Source: Kondoa subrosea (Eukaryota). Taken from it: DNA of 64,000 nucleotides. The notes below the pieces were generated by a model. The model saw nothing but the letters and a program-made list of their open reading frames with translations, did not search any database and was not told where the DNA came from. Below, one piece after another: positions 50,281 to 63,776 of this stretch; the first letter of the stretch is position 1; every line of letters starts with the position of its first letter. The position numbers and the translations under genes were made by a program. Where the stretch lies: positions 300,925-364,924 of the forward strand of contig BCIN01000004.1 of the NCBI GenBank assembly GCA_039545335.1. Direction: 5' to 3'.

Positions 50281-53139
50281 TCATTCGCTGTCTGAATCTC
50301 TTGGTTCGCTCTTCACTGGACCATCAGGCGAAGAGAAATCCGAACTTGATGGACTGAGTTTGGCCTGCTTCTTCGCTGCTTTGGGTTGTGGTGCATCGTT
50401 CACGTCAGCGATCTTCTTGTTCAATGTCTTGATGTAAGCTTCAAAGGTCTACAGTAATTGTCAACTATTGCTTCAGTAGGCTTGGAAAACAATGTCTCAC
50501 TTTCTGAACAGAGGTCTTGGTAATGATAGGATCTCCTTTGACTCGCTGCACAAATATTTCAGCGCAAGCACGAGTCAGCGGTTCTGACAACTCACCTTCT
50601 TCCGTTTCGCGACAATAGCCTTTTGCAAATCCTTGACCAAGTTTTCTAAACAATCTTTCCAACCTTCCAAATTCTCCAAACGCTTCTTCTTCTCTTTGAT
50701 CATATTGAATTGTAGGTAATCGATCTTTTGATGAGTATACCAACTGCGGATAGTAGACACAGAATGAGTCTGGCAATTGTTTGTCAGAGGCTAGATATAA
50801 GGAAGGCAAGAAAAGACTCACTGGACTTGCATCTAGAATGCAGTAAGGATCTTGTGCGGTGAGGTACGGCATATAGAGGATAGCATCCATTAAATGAGTA
50901 CGATTAAGCGGACTTCTCGGAATCTTGCTGCATAGCTTGAGATGAAATTCGCTTTGTTCCAAATGTAAGCCAGATCGCTCACGAAAATAATGAGCTAGCG
51001 CTCACGTGACTGCCACGCCGCGATTGATGATCATCTTGATGAGATTCTGATTGCCGCTGAGAATCGCGTGCTGCAAAACAACATCCAATACATCTTTATC
51101 GTTAACGAAATATTCGAATATTGCTTCACCCAAATTGAGATAAGGCCGCTCGTAAAACCAAGTATATTCAGCGCCATCTAAACCACGTGGAACAGCTGTC
51201 TGCACGATGTTTGCCACTTGTGCTGATTTCCAACTTGCATTGTGTTGAGTAACGATACGGTGATCATTAGTCACACCCATGGGAGTAGGCGAAAACAAGT
51301 CGTCACCGACATGCTTGAATCGTTTCAAATCCACTGCTCGATCGAGAATAGCCGCTTGAATTTCTTCTTTCTTGAGTAAGTTGTCTTGAATCAGGGCTTG
51401 TAAGCAATAACCTGTCAATACCAATCAGTCGACATTCTCACTTGTCAGCACAGACCATACCAGCGTCAGGTTCCTCAAAGACCGCATCTAGAGCAGCCCG
51501 TGCAATGATTTTCTTATCTTGTTTGTGGTAGACTAGAATGTAGTCCACGACTGCGTGCGTATCTAGATTCGGTTGAATAGCCAAGCGAGCGAGCATTGGC
51601 ACGGTCATGTCGCGTCCAAAATCAAGCCAAGCAGTTCGCCTTTCTATAGTATATTCCAGTTCCGAATCATGGTTCTGAAAGAGGGAACAAGCGATGGTGA
51701 ACAGAGATTGTTCGTCAATCTCTTCACTGTACAAGCTGAAAATACTTCTGATCCAAATTGGATCGGCTCTAGATGAAACTGCTTGCTTGGCATATCGTAG
51801 AAGGTATTCTTTGGCGTTGAAAGATAATTCTCTAGCTTCATCTTTCATTTTGACAGCTTCCAGAAGGGTTCTGTGGCTATTTGGAAATTTCAGTTCGTAT
51901 GCCGATGTGACATAATGCAATTGCAAGTAAGACGTACGAGAAGTCAATCATCCTAAACAACTGTCGCAGAACAGCTTCCGTGAATACAAGCTCAGAATCT
52001 AGATCTTGCATTTGCCTGAGCATATCCAGGACATCTGCAGAAGTTAGGCGCTGAACAGATGTGTTCATGTGAGACTCCAGCCGGTGCAAAAGAGTACAAC
52101 AAAAGACTATTAGACATCAGCTTGATACTCAAGATTGTACGAAAATATGCTTACGGTCAGGTGAGGCCGGCACACCCGTCTTCTTGCCTAGCCGATACAA
52201 TTCATCCGATAGCGGCATCCACAAATACATGTCGTTCACAAGACTATCGGCGTCCGAGAAGAACTCAAAGCCATGATTGTGGACCAGATCTTGCATGAGA
52301 GTCTCAAGTTGCTTTTGGGATTCTTCCGATTCGGGATCGAAATTGCCAGAGAGGAAGAAATTGAGCAGTAATGTGCCGTCGTTATTGCCACCCATGAATG
52401 GCACAACGTCGCCGTAAAGTTCTAAGCCTTTCCGAAAGAGGTAGCCGAAAACCAAACTGCTGAGATACAGGCCATTGCCGAAAAGAGGGAAGTTGTAGGC
52501 AATCCAAGGAGGTATGAATTGAGTACCATTCGGGAAAGCGCTTGTAAGCATCTGTAATAGATACAGCGAAAGTCGACCGCCTGATTTGAAGAGAAATTCA
52601 AGAGCAGGCACCGAAGCGAGGCGTGGGTAGCAAATGAGATGGAAGAGAGCTGATCTCTTGCCATAATTTCTCAAGAAGAACGAGCTGACTACAAAGGGAT
52701 CCAGGGCTAACGCGCGAAAGCGTTTCGATGTGCCAGTCCAGCTTGCACAATGCTTCGGGTCATCGAGATTGCCAAAGATTGTCAGAAGCAATTCATTGGA
52801 AAGACGAGAGATGTGATCTTCCGTAGATCTAGGACCAATGTCCAGCTCGAGCTCTTTAATCGAAACCCAATCTTCTGCCTCGGAAGTGTCGACAGTTGAC
52901 TGCCCTGCGACTGTGCTTTTTCGCTTCTGTTTTGGCTTACGAGCTGGCTTCTTGGAAGTGCTGGCCGCCAAGTAATAGTCCTCGCTAGATTCCTGTTCTA
53001 ATTCCAGCTGCTCTTCTTGCTCGAAAGCCTCAAACTCATTCTCCGTCAATTCCAGATCCTCTGGCGCTATCGTCGGCGGGGCTTCAGTTGCAGACACGTC
53101 ACTCTTGCGAGCCCTTAAAGTATCAGTTCGACGAGTCAT
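50281..53139 (-). CDS. F-box domain protein, large helical C-terminal region of unknown function
   Basis: HISRLSNELLLTIFGNLDDP...SKRFRALALDP F-box. Several long exons joined by GT-AG introns. Confidence 0.72.
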
Positions 53140-53479
53140 GTTGCACGTTCGGAAGCAACTTGAAACTGCATTTCTTGAAAACGCATCTTATGCCATTCAG
53201 GACTTTGCTAAACTTCTCCTCGATGTACAGCTTGTGCTCTCCTAATCTGCCTTGATCTTTTTCGCGTTCATTGTACCGTGACGACACATGATCACTTTCC
53301 TATATTTTCTGCTTTGGCACCTATTGTCACTGTCTGTTTCGGTCCCTTGATGCCATGACTTGACTCAATGAACCGTTATCAGGTCCTCGTTGCTCCTCAA
53401 TCGCTGGTTTAGGCTGAAACGCTGCTCAGCTTGGGGCCGATTCCGTCTTACTGTGTCCTCTGCTCTTATACGTGTCAAC

Positions 53480-53521
53480 TCTTTTCATAGCTATAGGGTT
53501 CTTTTCATAGCTATAGGGTTC
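53480..53521. repeat. Perfect 20-bp tandem duplication in intergenic DNA
   Basis: cttttcatagctatagggtt occurs twice, at 53481-53500 and 53501-53520. Confidence 0.95.
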
Positions 53522-53900
53522 AGTCAGTGTAGAGCGCTACCCATCGATGGATACTAAAGTCTGCATGTATTCCGATTAATTCAGCCAAACAAAGTACTGA
53601 ACATCTGACTTGCGGCAACTTCTTGCGCATACTGACAATGGTTGCGACATTTCTCTCAGTCAGTCCTCTTTCTAGCTTGCAACGCTTCACACTCAAATGC
53701 CGAGCCTGTGTATCCTAGGATTTCTGGTAAACAATCGCGCCCTTTGTTTGTTTTCGAGCGGGGAGAAGCTTCCGCTCGGTTTGCCTCTTCTTCCTTGACC
53801 GCCATTTACACACACTCCTTCAATACACGCACGCTCACACAGCACCCACTTATCACAAAGGATTCTAGAGCCCTCCTGCTCTAGCAAATAAACACATAAC

Positions 53901-56367
53901 ATGCAACCTCAAGCTTTCGTCTTTTTGGCTTTGGCCCTTCAATTCTTCTCTGCTGCTGAAGCTTATAATTTCGGTACTATGCCTGCTGGATGGACCGGTC
54001 AAGCTTCATTCAAACTCGCCAAAGGCGTTACCACTGGAGTTGGTGCTATGCAGCTGTTTGTTACATTTCAGGCATGAAGGATTGGGCTGTAGCTGACTGC
54101 ATGAGGAATCAGAACGGTCACTACGGATGATAAGATCGTCATGCTGGATCGTGTGGAAGAAAACCCCTTGCGAAAGTCAAAGGCCGTTCCTTACTGGTAA
54201 GCATTCCCTGCTGTGCCCGCTTGTCGGAATATTCAATAGTCACTCAGGGGCTCTGAATTGAGTATCTCAACTGGCAAAGTTCGTGGTCTATCAATGTTTG
54301 TCCTTTCGAAGAGCTGTAAAAACTGCCAAACTGATTTGGATGCAGGATCACGAATTCTTTTTGCGCTGGAGGTGCTTGGCTCGGCAATGGCAACCTAGTC
54401 AGTCTCGGTGGTGATCCATATACCGGCAATGGCGGTTTCGCGCAAGATGGACGACAAGGAATCAGAACTTTCAAACCTTGCGATAACGGGAAATGTCAAA
54501 TCTATGAAGATCCGAACAAGATCAAGTTGATCAGACCAAGATGGTACCCTGCTACTGCGAGATTGAGTGATGGTTCTGTCTTCATCGCAGGTGGTGTAAG
54601 CGAAACGACATACATGACTGATGAGCCAACTTTCGAGTGAGAGCGTCTTCCGATTTGTAGACACACTGACTGGAATCTTGATACAGATACTATCCTCGCA
54701 AAGGCAATAACGCTATCTATTCGCCATTCCTACACAATGCTCTACCATGGAACGTGAGTTTACGTTGCTGTCGCCGGACTGACACTCAGCTGACAGCTTG
54801 CAGACATTCGCGCATGCTATGCCACTGCCTGATGATCGAATCTTCATGGCTGGTAAGCGAGAATTATGTCTCGTCAACTCTCGCTAACTTTTGATACCTC
54901 GACAGCTGGAAACCATGCTATGATTTACAATCGCTTTACTAATCAAGAACAACTTTTGCCAAATTTCCCAAACAATATACAAGTAGGTCCAGTCCTCCTC
55001 GCTCACATTGAGTCTTGCTGACGTTCTTAGGTGAACTACCCCTTCGGCGCAGCAGGCGCTCTACTCCCTCTGACACCCGAGAACAACTATACGCCAACCG
55101 TGGTGCTTTGCGGAGGTACTTCAGCAGTTCCCGGTCAAGCCATCAATCCCCAAACTCCGTCAAGTACTCAATGCGCTCGGATGGACCTCACGCCCGATGG
55201 CATTGCTCAAGGCTGGCAAATCGAACAAATGCCTGACCAGAGAATGATGGGTCAGTCTGTTCAATATTTGGCTTGTAGCTGAACTCACATGAGTTTGTCA
55301 GGTAACTTCATCATGACACCTGATGGCAAATTGATTATTGTAAACGGTGCCAAGAGTGGAGCTGCAGGATTGTGCGTTCTCCTTTAGCTCAAGAAGATCA
55401 AAAGCTGATAGAGCAATAGCTACAACGACAACAAGTATGGCTCGCATGTAACCGGAATGTATTAAAGCTGACTTCTGGTCGCAGTCGACCAAGTGGCTAC
55501 TCTTCAGCCGACAATCCAGCTTATACACCCTATCTCTACGATCCCACAGCTCCGGCTGGTCAGCGATGGATTTCTCTCAACACAAGCAGCAAGATCCCAA
55601 GAATGTCAGTTGTACTGTCGATTCCTCTCGATAGTAGGCTGATCAGTTGATGCTCAGGTATCACTCTACTACATCATATCTTCCTGATGGACGAGTGATC
55701 ATTGCAGGAAGCAATCCAAACCCTAATGTATCTAAAGCCCAACCTTACCCTACTGAATACAGTAAGTCATTTCACTAATATCGAGCATGAGACTCATACA
55801 GCCCAAACACAGGAGTGGAATAGTGAGTCTTGATAGCATTGGCTCGGTGCTTAATACTGACGATAAGCAGCCTCACACTTCCAAACACAGCGGGTCCAAG
55901 ACCTAGCTTCTCTGGACAGCCATCGAGCATCAAGTATGGCCGAAAGTATACAATGAAAGTCAAGCTGCCTGCCGGTGCAGACCCAGCCAAAGTGTCGGTG
56001 GTTCTGATGGACTTGGGCTACTCAACCCATGCTATTCAATATGTATGTTGCTGTCTCTGGTCTCCTGTATATCCATCTTAGCGAGCAATGTCATCAGAAT
56101 CTGCGCAACGTCAAGCTGGCTTCAACTGTCGCTCGTAATGGCCAGAGTAGTAAGCGATCAAAGACATATTCCTGGAGACCATCGCTGATGACTCGTGATA
56201 TAGTCACCTTCACTGGCCCTCCTTCAGCACCTATCTTCCCTCTTGGTCGTGAGTCGTGCCACTTTCGTCAAAGTTGGAGTGATGTTGATGTTTTTATAGC
56301 TGCATGGATGTACCTCGTTGTTGACGGGGTGCCTAGCAAAGGGACAAAGGTTATGTTGGTCAAGTAA
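53901..56367 (+). CDS. Secreted copper radical oxidase, glyoxal oxidase-like (AA5_1)
   Basis: Signal peptide, GVGAMQL, NSFCAGG, RWYP, NYP, RMMGN, PRMYHS, IAGSNPN, GYSTHA, and C-terminal WMYLVVDGVPS. Many introns. Confidence 0.92.
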
Positions 56368-56659
56368 AGGGTTATGGGTGGATTATACGTGTTTCGCTTT
56401 CTTTTGGTTCTATTTTGGATATCTATATGCATTTGATACGATGTTGCCCAATATTGACAAGACCCAACACTTCTAAGTGGCACTGCTGGCCATCGTGATC
56501 TAAACAGTCTGTCTGAATGGACGTCAGATCAATGCAACATTCTTTGTTCGAACAAGACACGTACTTGAAAAATAGCGATGTCTTCCGCCATCGCGTCGAA
56601 GTGACCAAAATTGCAGCTCGTCCTTGTCCCGATCGATCTGCCATGATTGCCATGATCTC

Positions 56660-58353
56660 TTATCCCCTCCTCTTCTGAACCATAACATCCACACCAAGTG
56701 AGTTACACCAAACATTTCCAAACCGATCACCACCTCTCATCACTTCCTCTTTATCGTTCCATAGACCTTCATCACCGCCTTGCAGTTCTTCCCTTTTCAT
56801 TTCCCTCGTTAAGCCATACCCAGTAGACATACCCATTTCTTCCACCAAAGGACAGCTCCAATCAATCAATTGCGGACAAGAAGCGTACACTGAATGACAC
56901 ACGTCTACGCAAGGTGGGACTTCGGCATATGGGAAAGGCGTAGTGGGATTGTAAGGTGCCAAAGCATTGATCTCTTGTAGAGTTTGTGAACCCAGTTGAG
57001 GTGTACGGGATAAGAGTGGATTCGATCGAATTATAGGACTTGAGATGGTAGAAGGAATAGGTTGATCGTTATAGCCTATACGTAAGGGTACAGTATTGTT
57101 GATTTGAACAGATTCTGCTAGATCCGTGCAGCGCGGCATTGTGATAGAGCAAAGCCAAGTCGTATATGCTGCTAAACAGTCATCACATGTTCGAACAGAA
57201 GAGTAGCCACCTTGATCTTTGATACCGCAGGGAAATATAGATAGGGTTGTATTGAAGCCATGCAAATGAGGCTGCAAGCTTGAATTATAGACTTGTAAAA
57301 GCAAAGACGTGGGGAGTTGAGGTGGAGAAGGAACGGAGTATGCGATATTTGGACACGTTGGAAAGTTCGTAACTAGGCGACAATTGTTACCTGCATAGAG
57401 ATTAGCCTGATATACCATCCTAGAGTGATGGTCTCACTTCTTTTAGTATTGAAGTACTGCACTTCGAACAGCCGTACACCCGCTTGCCCAGCAGCTGTCC
57501 TGTGATTTGTCCTTTGCGATCCCCAAACCGTATAGTTTGTTCCGCTTGCCAGACCATCCAGCAGATATTGCGTCCTCTGACCTCCGTCTTGAGCTTCTTC
57601 CCTTTGTCTGCCTAATCCACCTTGGGCAGCACCAATAGTGACTACTCCTCTTGTCGTATAACTAGAATTCCAAGTTGAATTTGGCAACAGGGATGATAAT
57701 TGAGTGATATGACAGATAGAATGCGCTAGATGAGAAGAAACATTGGATGCTGAAGTAGGAAGGATATATAGTTGATAGTCAGGTACACCGTCAAGCGAAG
57801 GAAAGTAGGTAGGTGAAGTCAGAACAGCTGATGAATTATCTGAATCGCCATATTGAAGCAAAGGATATTGGTCCAATATATGCAAAGGTTCAGTTGTCGA
57901 TACACCCAATTGGAAGGACCATGTTGAATTTCTTGCAGCGGAAGCAGAGGCCGGTGCATTGACTACGATCCAGACACCTTGATCAGTTGCAGAATTGTGA
58001 GTTCTGGTTAGATTGGCGAATCCCGCTTGAGCATCAGCTATAGTACTCTTGTATGGACTGGACGTATCGTTCGTATCGGCTGTATTGAAAGCGTAAAGTA
58101 CAGAATCCAGTGAGTTCCAATCTTCTGTGCTTCCAGCTGGACCATTGCAAATACTCAAAGTGACATAATAATTGCGACGATTGCCCGTACTCTGGACAGC
58201 GTCAACAGGCAGATGAAAAGTCGCAGATGTAGCAGGACTGAGATCAAAGTTGAGCAGACTCGGATCTTGCAGAGTATTCGACGCTTGCGCCTGTACCAAG
58301 TAAACCAGCGAATTGCAAAGCGTCGCAAGTCCAATTACATCTTGAAGGCGCAT
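56660..58353 (-). CDS. MID1: Stretch-activated Ca2+ channel component Mid1
   Basis: Signal peptide, many N-glycosylation sequons, CPNIAYSVP, YSSVRTCDDCLAAYTTWLCSITMPRC, and Cys-rich EVPPCVDVCHSVYASCP...WSCP. Confidence 0.92.
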
Positions 58354-58937
58354 TCGCCAGCATAGAGGCCCGCGCTGACAGATGACAGATGGTGGATAAG
58401 GACAACGCTTGTCGACCTTTGGGTCAAAGCAGCTTGTCTCTCTCCGTTCTGCCAACGATCTACCAAGTATTGGGAAACGTCCTGTTGCAGCCTCCTCGCA
58501 GTTTCCTGCCAAAAAAAGGCTTCTTGGACGCAGGATCTGATCTCATTACACGTATATCATACTCTTCTCTCTTCTCTGCCTTTTCGCTCTCTTCAGACGC
58601 GTCCTTGTCTCTTTTTCGCCTATCTCGCATTGCTCTATCAGGTGCTTTCTTTGCCTCTACATCGAGACACGCGCTGCTCAAGCATACAAGATTCCAGTTA
58701 TATCAGCAACACTATGCAACGAGATGATATAATGGCAATCCATCAGACTCGACGACAGCTGCCCGACGGGACCCTAACACACGTGAAGCTCCATCCAAAA
58801 GATGTATTTCGACTTCTATGCAAATGATCCCAAACAAGCCTACTTATCTGTGAAATCCAGGATATATCGAATTATGACCCAATCTGGTTATCTGATCCAA
58901 CGAAATCGTTCCAAAGAAGAACATTTATCTTCGGAAA

Positions 58938-60552
58938 ATGACAACATGGGGTATCCCTGATCCTGAAGAAGATCCTAATATCACCATGATGGACAGAATC
59001 GAACGCTCACGCAAAAAGATGTCTACTCAGCGGTTTTATGCTGGTTTGGCAGCTGATCCAGCAATGGGAAGACAGCCAGAAGTGCAGTTCATCAATGTGA
59101 GCTCTCATGACTGAAGGAACTGCAGGTTGGACCAATCGTAGCTGACCCCAATGCAGTTTCTCAAGAAGCAAAAGAGGCAGAAGCTCAAAGAGGTCGATTG
59201 ACAGATCGTCCAGAAAGAGACTACATACTTCGGATCATCATGCCGCATATCTTCAATGACGATGGCAAGATCAAGGTTCGTTACGCACTCTTCTGGCGAA
59301 TTGACAATCGTCAAGCTGAATCTTACATTTCTAGATATGGAGACAAGTCAAAGTACCAGGAAGTTTGACCTTAGATCGTCTATACGAGCATGTTATTGTA
59401 CCAGCCTTCAACTGGGTGTTAAATTACCGTCAGCTATTTGCTGCACGTTTGAATGTAGCGCTTCTCAGGTCTTCAGACGGCTATATCTTTACGGACCGAT
59501 CGGATCGTAGTCTCTTTGGGCCACAGTATGTCTGTCGATTAATTGTGAACACAATCTCATCAGATCTTTGTACAGTCGCGCTCGAGGTCTAGAAGGTCCA
59601 ATAGACTTCATGCATCTCGAAACTCACTGTTTCTACGACTACCTCGATTCCTCTCACTACAGCTTAGCAAACTTGATTCAGGAAGCAGAGAAGAAAGAAG
59701 TGCTTTTCATGGAGTATGATTTGGTATGTTGCTGTCGTCCACTTGCCAATGCAATATACAAGTTGCTTAATATGTTCACAGGGAGACAGATGGGAACACG
59801 CTGTTTATGTAGAAAAGATTCTTCCGAAAGAAGAGAGCAATGGAGAGATCGAGCTCGTAGCCGGACATGGTCTAGCTCCGTAAGTTCACCTAGCCCGTAT
59901 TCTTGGACGAATACTCAATACTATCCTCATACCTGAAGACTTTGGCGATCGAGGTAATAGAGGCTTCAACAATGTAAGTTGGCTGCAACATGTTTGACTT
60001 TGTGCTTCCATTTACTCACCACAACACACAGGCTATTCGTGACTGGACATCAGAACGAAACGAACGTCCTGCAAAGTCTATCAATTACCGACTAGAAGCA
60101 GCCAAAGCAGGTCGTAATTGGAAGTTCAACCCAGACGGGTTCGATCTGCAGATATACAAGAAAAAGATGGCAGAAGCTTTGAAACGAGATCCAGCGATGG
60201 TGAGTCCGGTATTCCGCTGTTGACGATAAGCTGATTACTTTGTAAAGGGTCCATTATCTGCCAGCGGCACATGCGCGAATTGTAAAGGAAGTCGGAATTT
60301 GAAGCTCTGCGCAGTAAGCATTCGAGATGTCCGCCTTCTTCATATCTCATTTGGAGCAGTCCTGTGGTAAAGTGGTCTACTGTGGTCCCAATTGTCAAAA
60401 AGAGGTTTGTCGGATTCGTCAGATGTATAAGGTCTGCATTTGCTCATTTCTATGACAGGATTGGTGCGATTCATTTCTCGCTCCTATGTAATAACATCTG
60501 ATTAGTCAATAGGCCAAAACACAAAACGCTGTGCAAAGTTTCTCGCGCATGA
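58938..60552 (+). CDS. pRiA4b ORF3-like (MM3350-like) domain protein with C-terminal MYND zinc finger (start uncertain)
   Basis: Spliced IWRQVKVPGSLTLDRL...FNWVLNYHGYIFTD, EYDLGDRWEH, PED, then CANC...[29 protein letters not shown]. Confidence 0.82.
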
Positions 60553-60737
60553 TCGCAGGATCACACTCAAGATATTTGATGTTGCTTACACATACCGAAT
60601 ACAGTGGGTGCCACTGAAAGTTACCCGATGCATAATGTGCCATGTGCCCTACCGAGACATACCTTGAAACAATATTTGTTTGAATCTCGTCGTCGAACAA
60701 TGTAGGACGTGGACTTGTCGCGTCTGGGCAGCTCAAG

Positions 60738-62208
60738 ATGAATCTACCAGCGCACTATCTGTCAAATGCTCTTCCGACGCCAGTACTGAGCTTGACCTCC
60801 TCTGGCTGTGGAGATTTGTTTGCAAGCGCTGAAACCGATGGATGGCGTATCTGGGAGAGCACATCCTTGCTGCCTGTCTCCGTCAAAGGTGTGTCTACTT
60901 CTTGATACACTGCCTTGATGCTGAACTGCCGTAGATACTCCTAATGGCTCATTGTCCATCGTACTTCCGCTTCACCGAACAGGGTTGCTCTTTCTCGTCG
61001 GTGGCCCGCCTTCTCCTCTGTATGCTCCCAACAAGGTTGTCATCTATACTGTTCCAGCCAAGATGGTCTGCGCTTCTTTGGAATTCTCTTCTAAAGTATT
61101 AGGCATCTGTGCTAGAAGAGATCGACTGGTAGTGATCTTGCAAAAGTCTATTATCCTCTTCAGCATCGGAACAAATCCTCCGGAGATTCTACGGGAAGGG
61201 AGCTACGATACCGCGGAGAATCCGAGAGGTCTAGGAGCAATAGCAACCGAATCTAATTCGACTCTGCTATCTTTTCCAGGAAGACAAACAGGTCAAGTAG
61301 CACTGGTCAATCTACCTCATCTGGGCTCCTCAAAGCGAGTCGCGCCTGAGCAAAATCCACCTTTCGCTACTACCTCGATCATCTTGGCACATACAACAGC
61401 TCTTTCTGCCCTGTCCATAACGCCGTCCGGAAGTCAAATAGCTACTTCAAGTATCAAAGGTACTCTGATACGAGTTTACAACGCGAAAACTTCAACTCTT
61501 TTGCACGAATTGCGTCGAGGCAGCGATTCGGCAGAAATCTTTTCTCTCGCGTTACGGCCTGATGGACGTGCAGTAGCTTGTGCTAGCGATAAAGGAACTA
61601 TTCATCTATGGGATCTCACTCCCCCTTCTTCTTCTTCTTCGAATTATCAACGTTCCTCATCAAACGATACTCAAGCTGAAGGTCTCACTCTACTCAAACC
61701 TTATTTACCCAAGTACTTCTCTTCTTCTTGGTCAGATGCACAATTCAAACTACCACCACCGGAAGCTCAAGCAGCAAAAAGCTTGCCTTTTCTCGATGCA
61801 TTTGCGGATGAGAAGCTAGAGAAGCCCAAAACGGTAGAAGAGGATAAAGTTATGTTAGTTTGGACGGATTTGGAACCTGTAGTCGAAGTGAAGGAGTATA
61901 AGGAGAATGTTGAGGGAAGGAAAGAACGAAAGGAGAAGAGGGAACAAGCGAAGAAAGGAGTGAAACTAAAGCAGCCTGAGGTGGCACCGATCAATATCGA
62001 TAAGAAATATGCTTTGATTGCTGCAACACACTCTGGTGCTTGGTACAAGCTCGCAGCGTTCGAAGCGGAAGATCAGCAAGACGATACCGTCAAAGCCAAA
62101 GAGAAAGCACGAGCGAAAGAGCAAGACGCAGAAGGTGGATTTGGAGCATTTGGAAGATGTCGATTGATACAGCATAAGCGATTTGAGCATCGAGACGACG
62201 ATTGGTAG
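60738..62208 (+). CDS. HSV2: PROPPIN beta-propeller, Hsv2/WIPI3-4 type
   Basis: LFLVGGPPSPLYAPNKVVI, ILAHTTALS, ATSSIKGTLIRVY, ELRRGSD (lipid-binding LRRG), SDKGTIHLW, LPKYFSSSWS. Confidence 0.9.
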
Positions 62209-62259
62209 TATTCCCTTGCATATTTGCGCTCCAGTAATCTTTCATTGTATATGTTCTGT

Positions 62260-63776
62260 TCATTGTATTCCCTCTTGTGCAGCGTCTGTAGCAAAGCGGA
62301 CTTGTTTGGTACTTAATGCTCGCTGGGCTTCTTGATTCCCTTCAGCGGCCAATCGCATCAAATGATCTTGCGCAGCTTGTTCCTGCTGTACTATTGGGTG
62401 TCGATCCACATACGGTGCAGGTGCTCGGTGTTGCTGACTTTGAGCTTGAAGCTGATTGGTAATCCGGTCTTGCCCTCTTTGAGCTTCTTCTGCTTCTCGA
62501 ATGACTTGTATAATCTTATCCTGACCGCCATTACTGCAGCCGCGTATAAGCCTGAAAATTCATACAGCAGTAAATAAATACTCACGCATTCTGATAATCT
62601 GCCCAAGCTTTCCAAGCTGGATCGGCCAGAAAATGAGGTGGAAGTTGCACAGGTGGCCTGAAAGTAGTAGACGGAAGACCGAAAGCTGGATTTGGCCGGG
62701 TCGTAGGCATTTGACGTAATCTAGGTCGAGTATTCGGGTTGATGATTGGTCGATCATCTAGCGGGACTTCGACAGGTGATGTTGGATTCGGCCTAGGCGA
62801 TGGAATGATTTCATCGGCTTCGGCAGCCTGCTGAGGATGAGGTATGATTGCAAGGATAGACTGAACGACATCTTGAAATCCATGATCGCGTTCTTTTTGC
62901 AGACGTGCTCTGTCAAATGGTCATGAGCGGGTGCAGTTCTTGTAGGCAAGATACTTACCTCAAATCCATCAATATGCGACCGGCATGATTTTGCCCGTAC
63001 TGATGTATTTCAGGTCTTCCAATACACCAAAAAGCATCATCAGGATCAGATGCATCCCAAAGTTGTAGATCCCCAGTCGCAAGGAGCAACTCGACCAGAG
63101 GCGGATAGAAGGCGAGTTTCACGGCCATGATTCCTTTTCTAATCCTTAAGCTTACGGCGAGATGAACATGACGGAAAGACGTACCTCGCATTATCTCTAG
63201 AGTTTTCTCTTCACTCCAGACTGAACGTTGATACTCTGAGTAAATCTCGCCAACCAATTTGGCATCGTGACCCGTCGAAGCGGACAGGATGAGGTTGAAG
63301 ATCTGAGAACTATCCTTCAAGTAAGACAACCTTATCAGTTGTAAAGGATGATCAACTTACTCAGCTACTGGATCCTGAAGGACAATCAGCTTGATGAAGT
63401 GTAAGTTATAGATTGCACTCACATAATGTGCGCATTCCATTAAATGAGCAGCGCTAGGAAAGACATGTGTTCCAAGTGGTAAAGTATGAGCAGAATAGAA
63501 AGTCAAAGCCGATAATTGATTTTGACCATCTGCTCGATCATAGATCAAAAGCGGTAAAGGAGTCTTTTCCGTTGCATTTGCTTCATCCACTATTCGTTCT
63601 TCTTTTTCCTGAGGTGCTTGACTGATTTGTTGTTTTGATCGTTTTAGTTCTGCTAGATTGGATAAAAGTCGAGCTTTGAATGGATCCGATTCAGATCCAT
63701 CTGATCGCCAGCCTTTGGCTCTTGGTTGTGCGTAATGCTTTGCTAATAGACCGAGTTGTTTCCATTTCAGACTCAT
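62260..63776 (-). CDS. NADAR (YbiA-like) domain protein with C-terminal extension
   Basis: LTFYSAH...FPSAAH, AKLVG, W...IMR...VKL, LLLATGD.QLWDASDPDDAFWCIG, GQNHAGRILMDLR. Confidence 0.75.
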
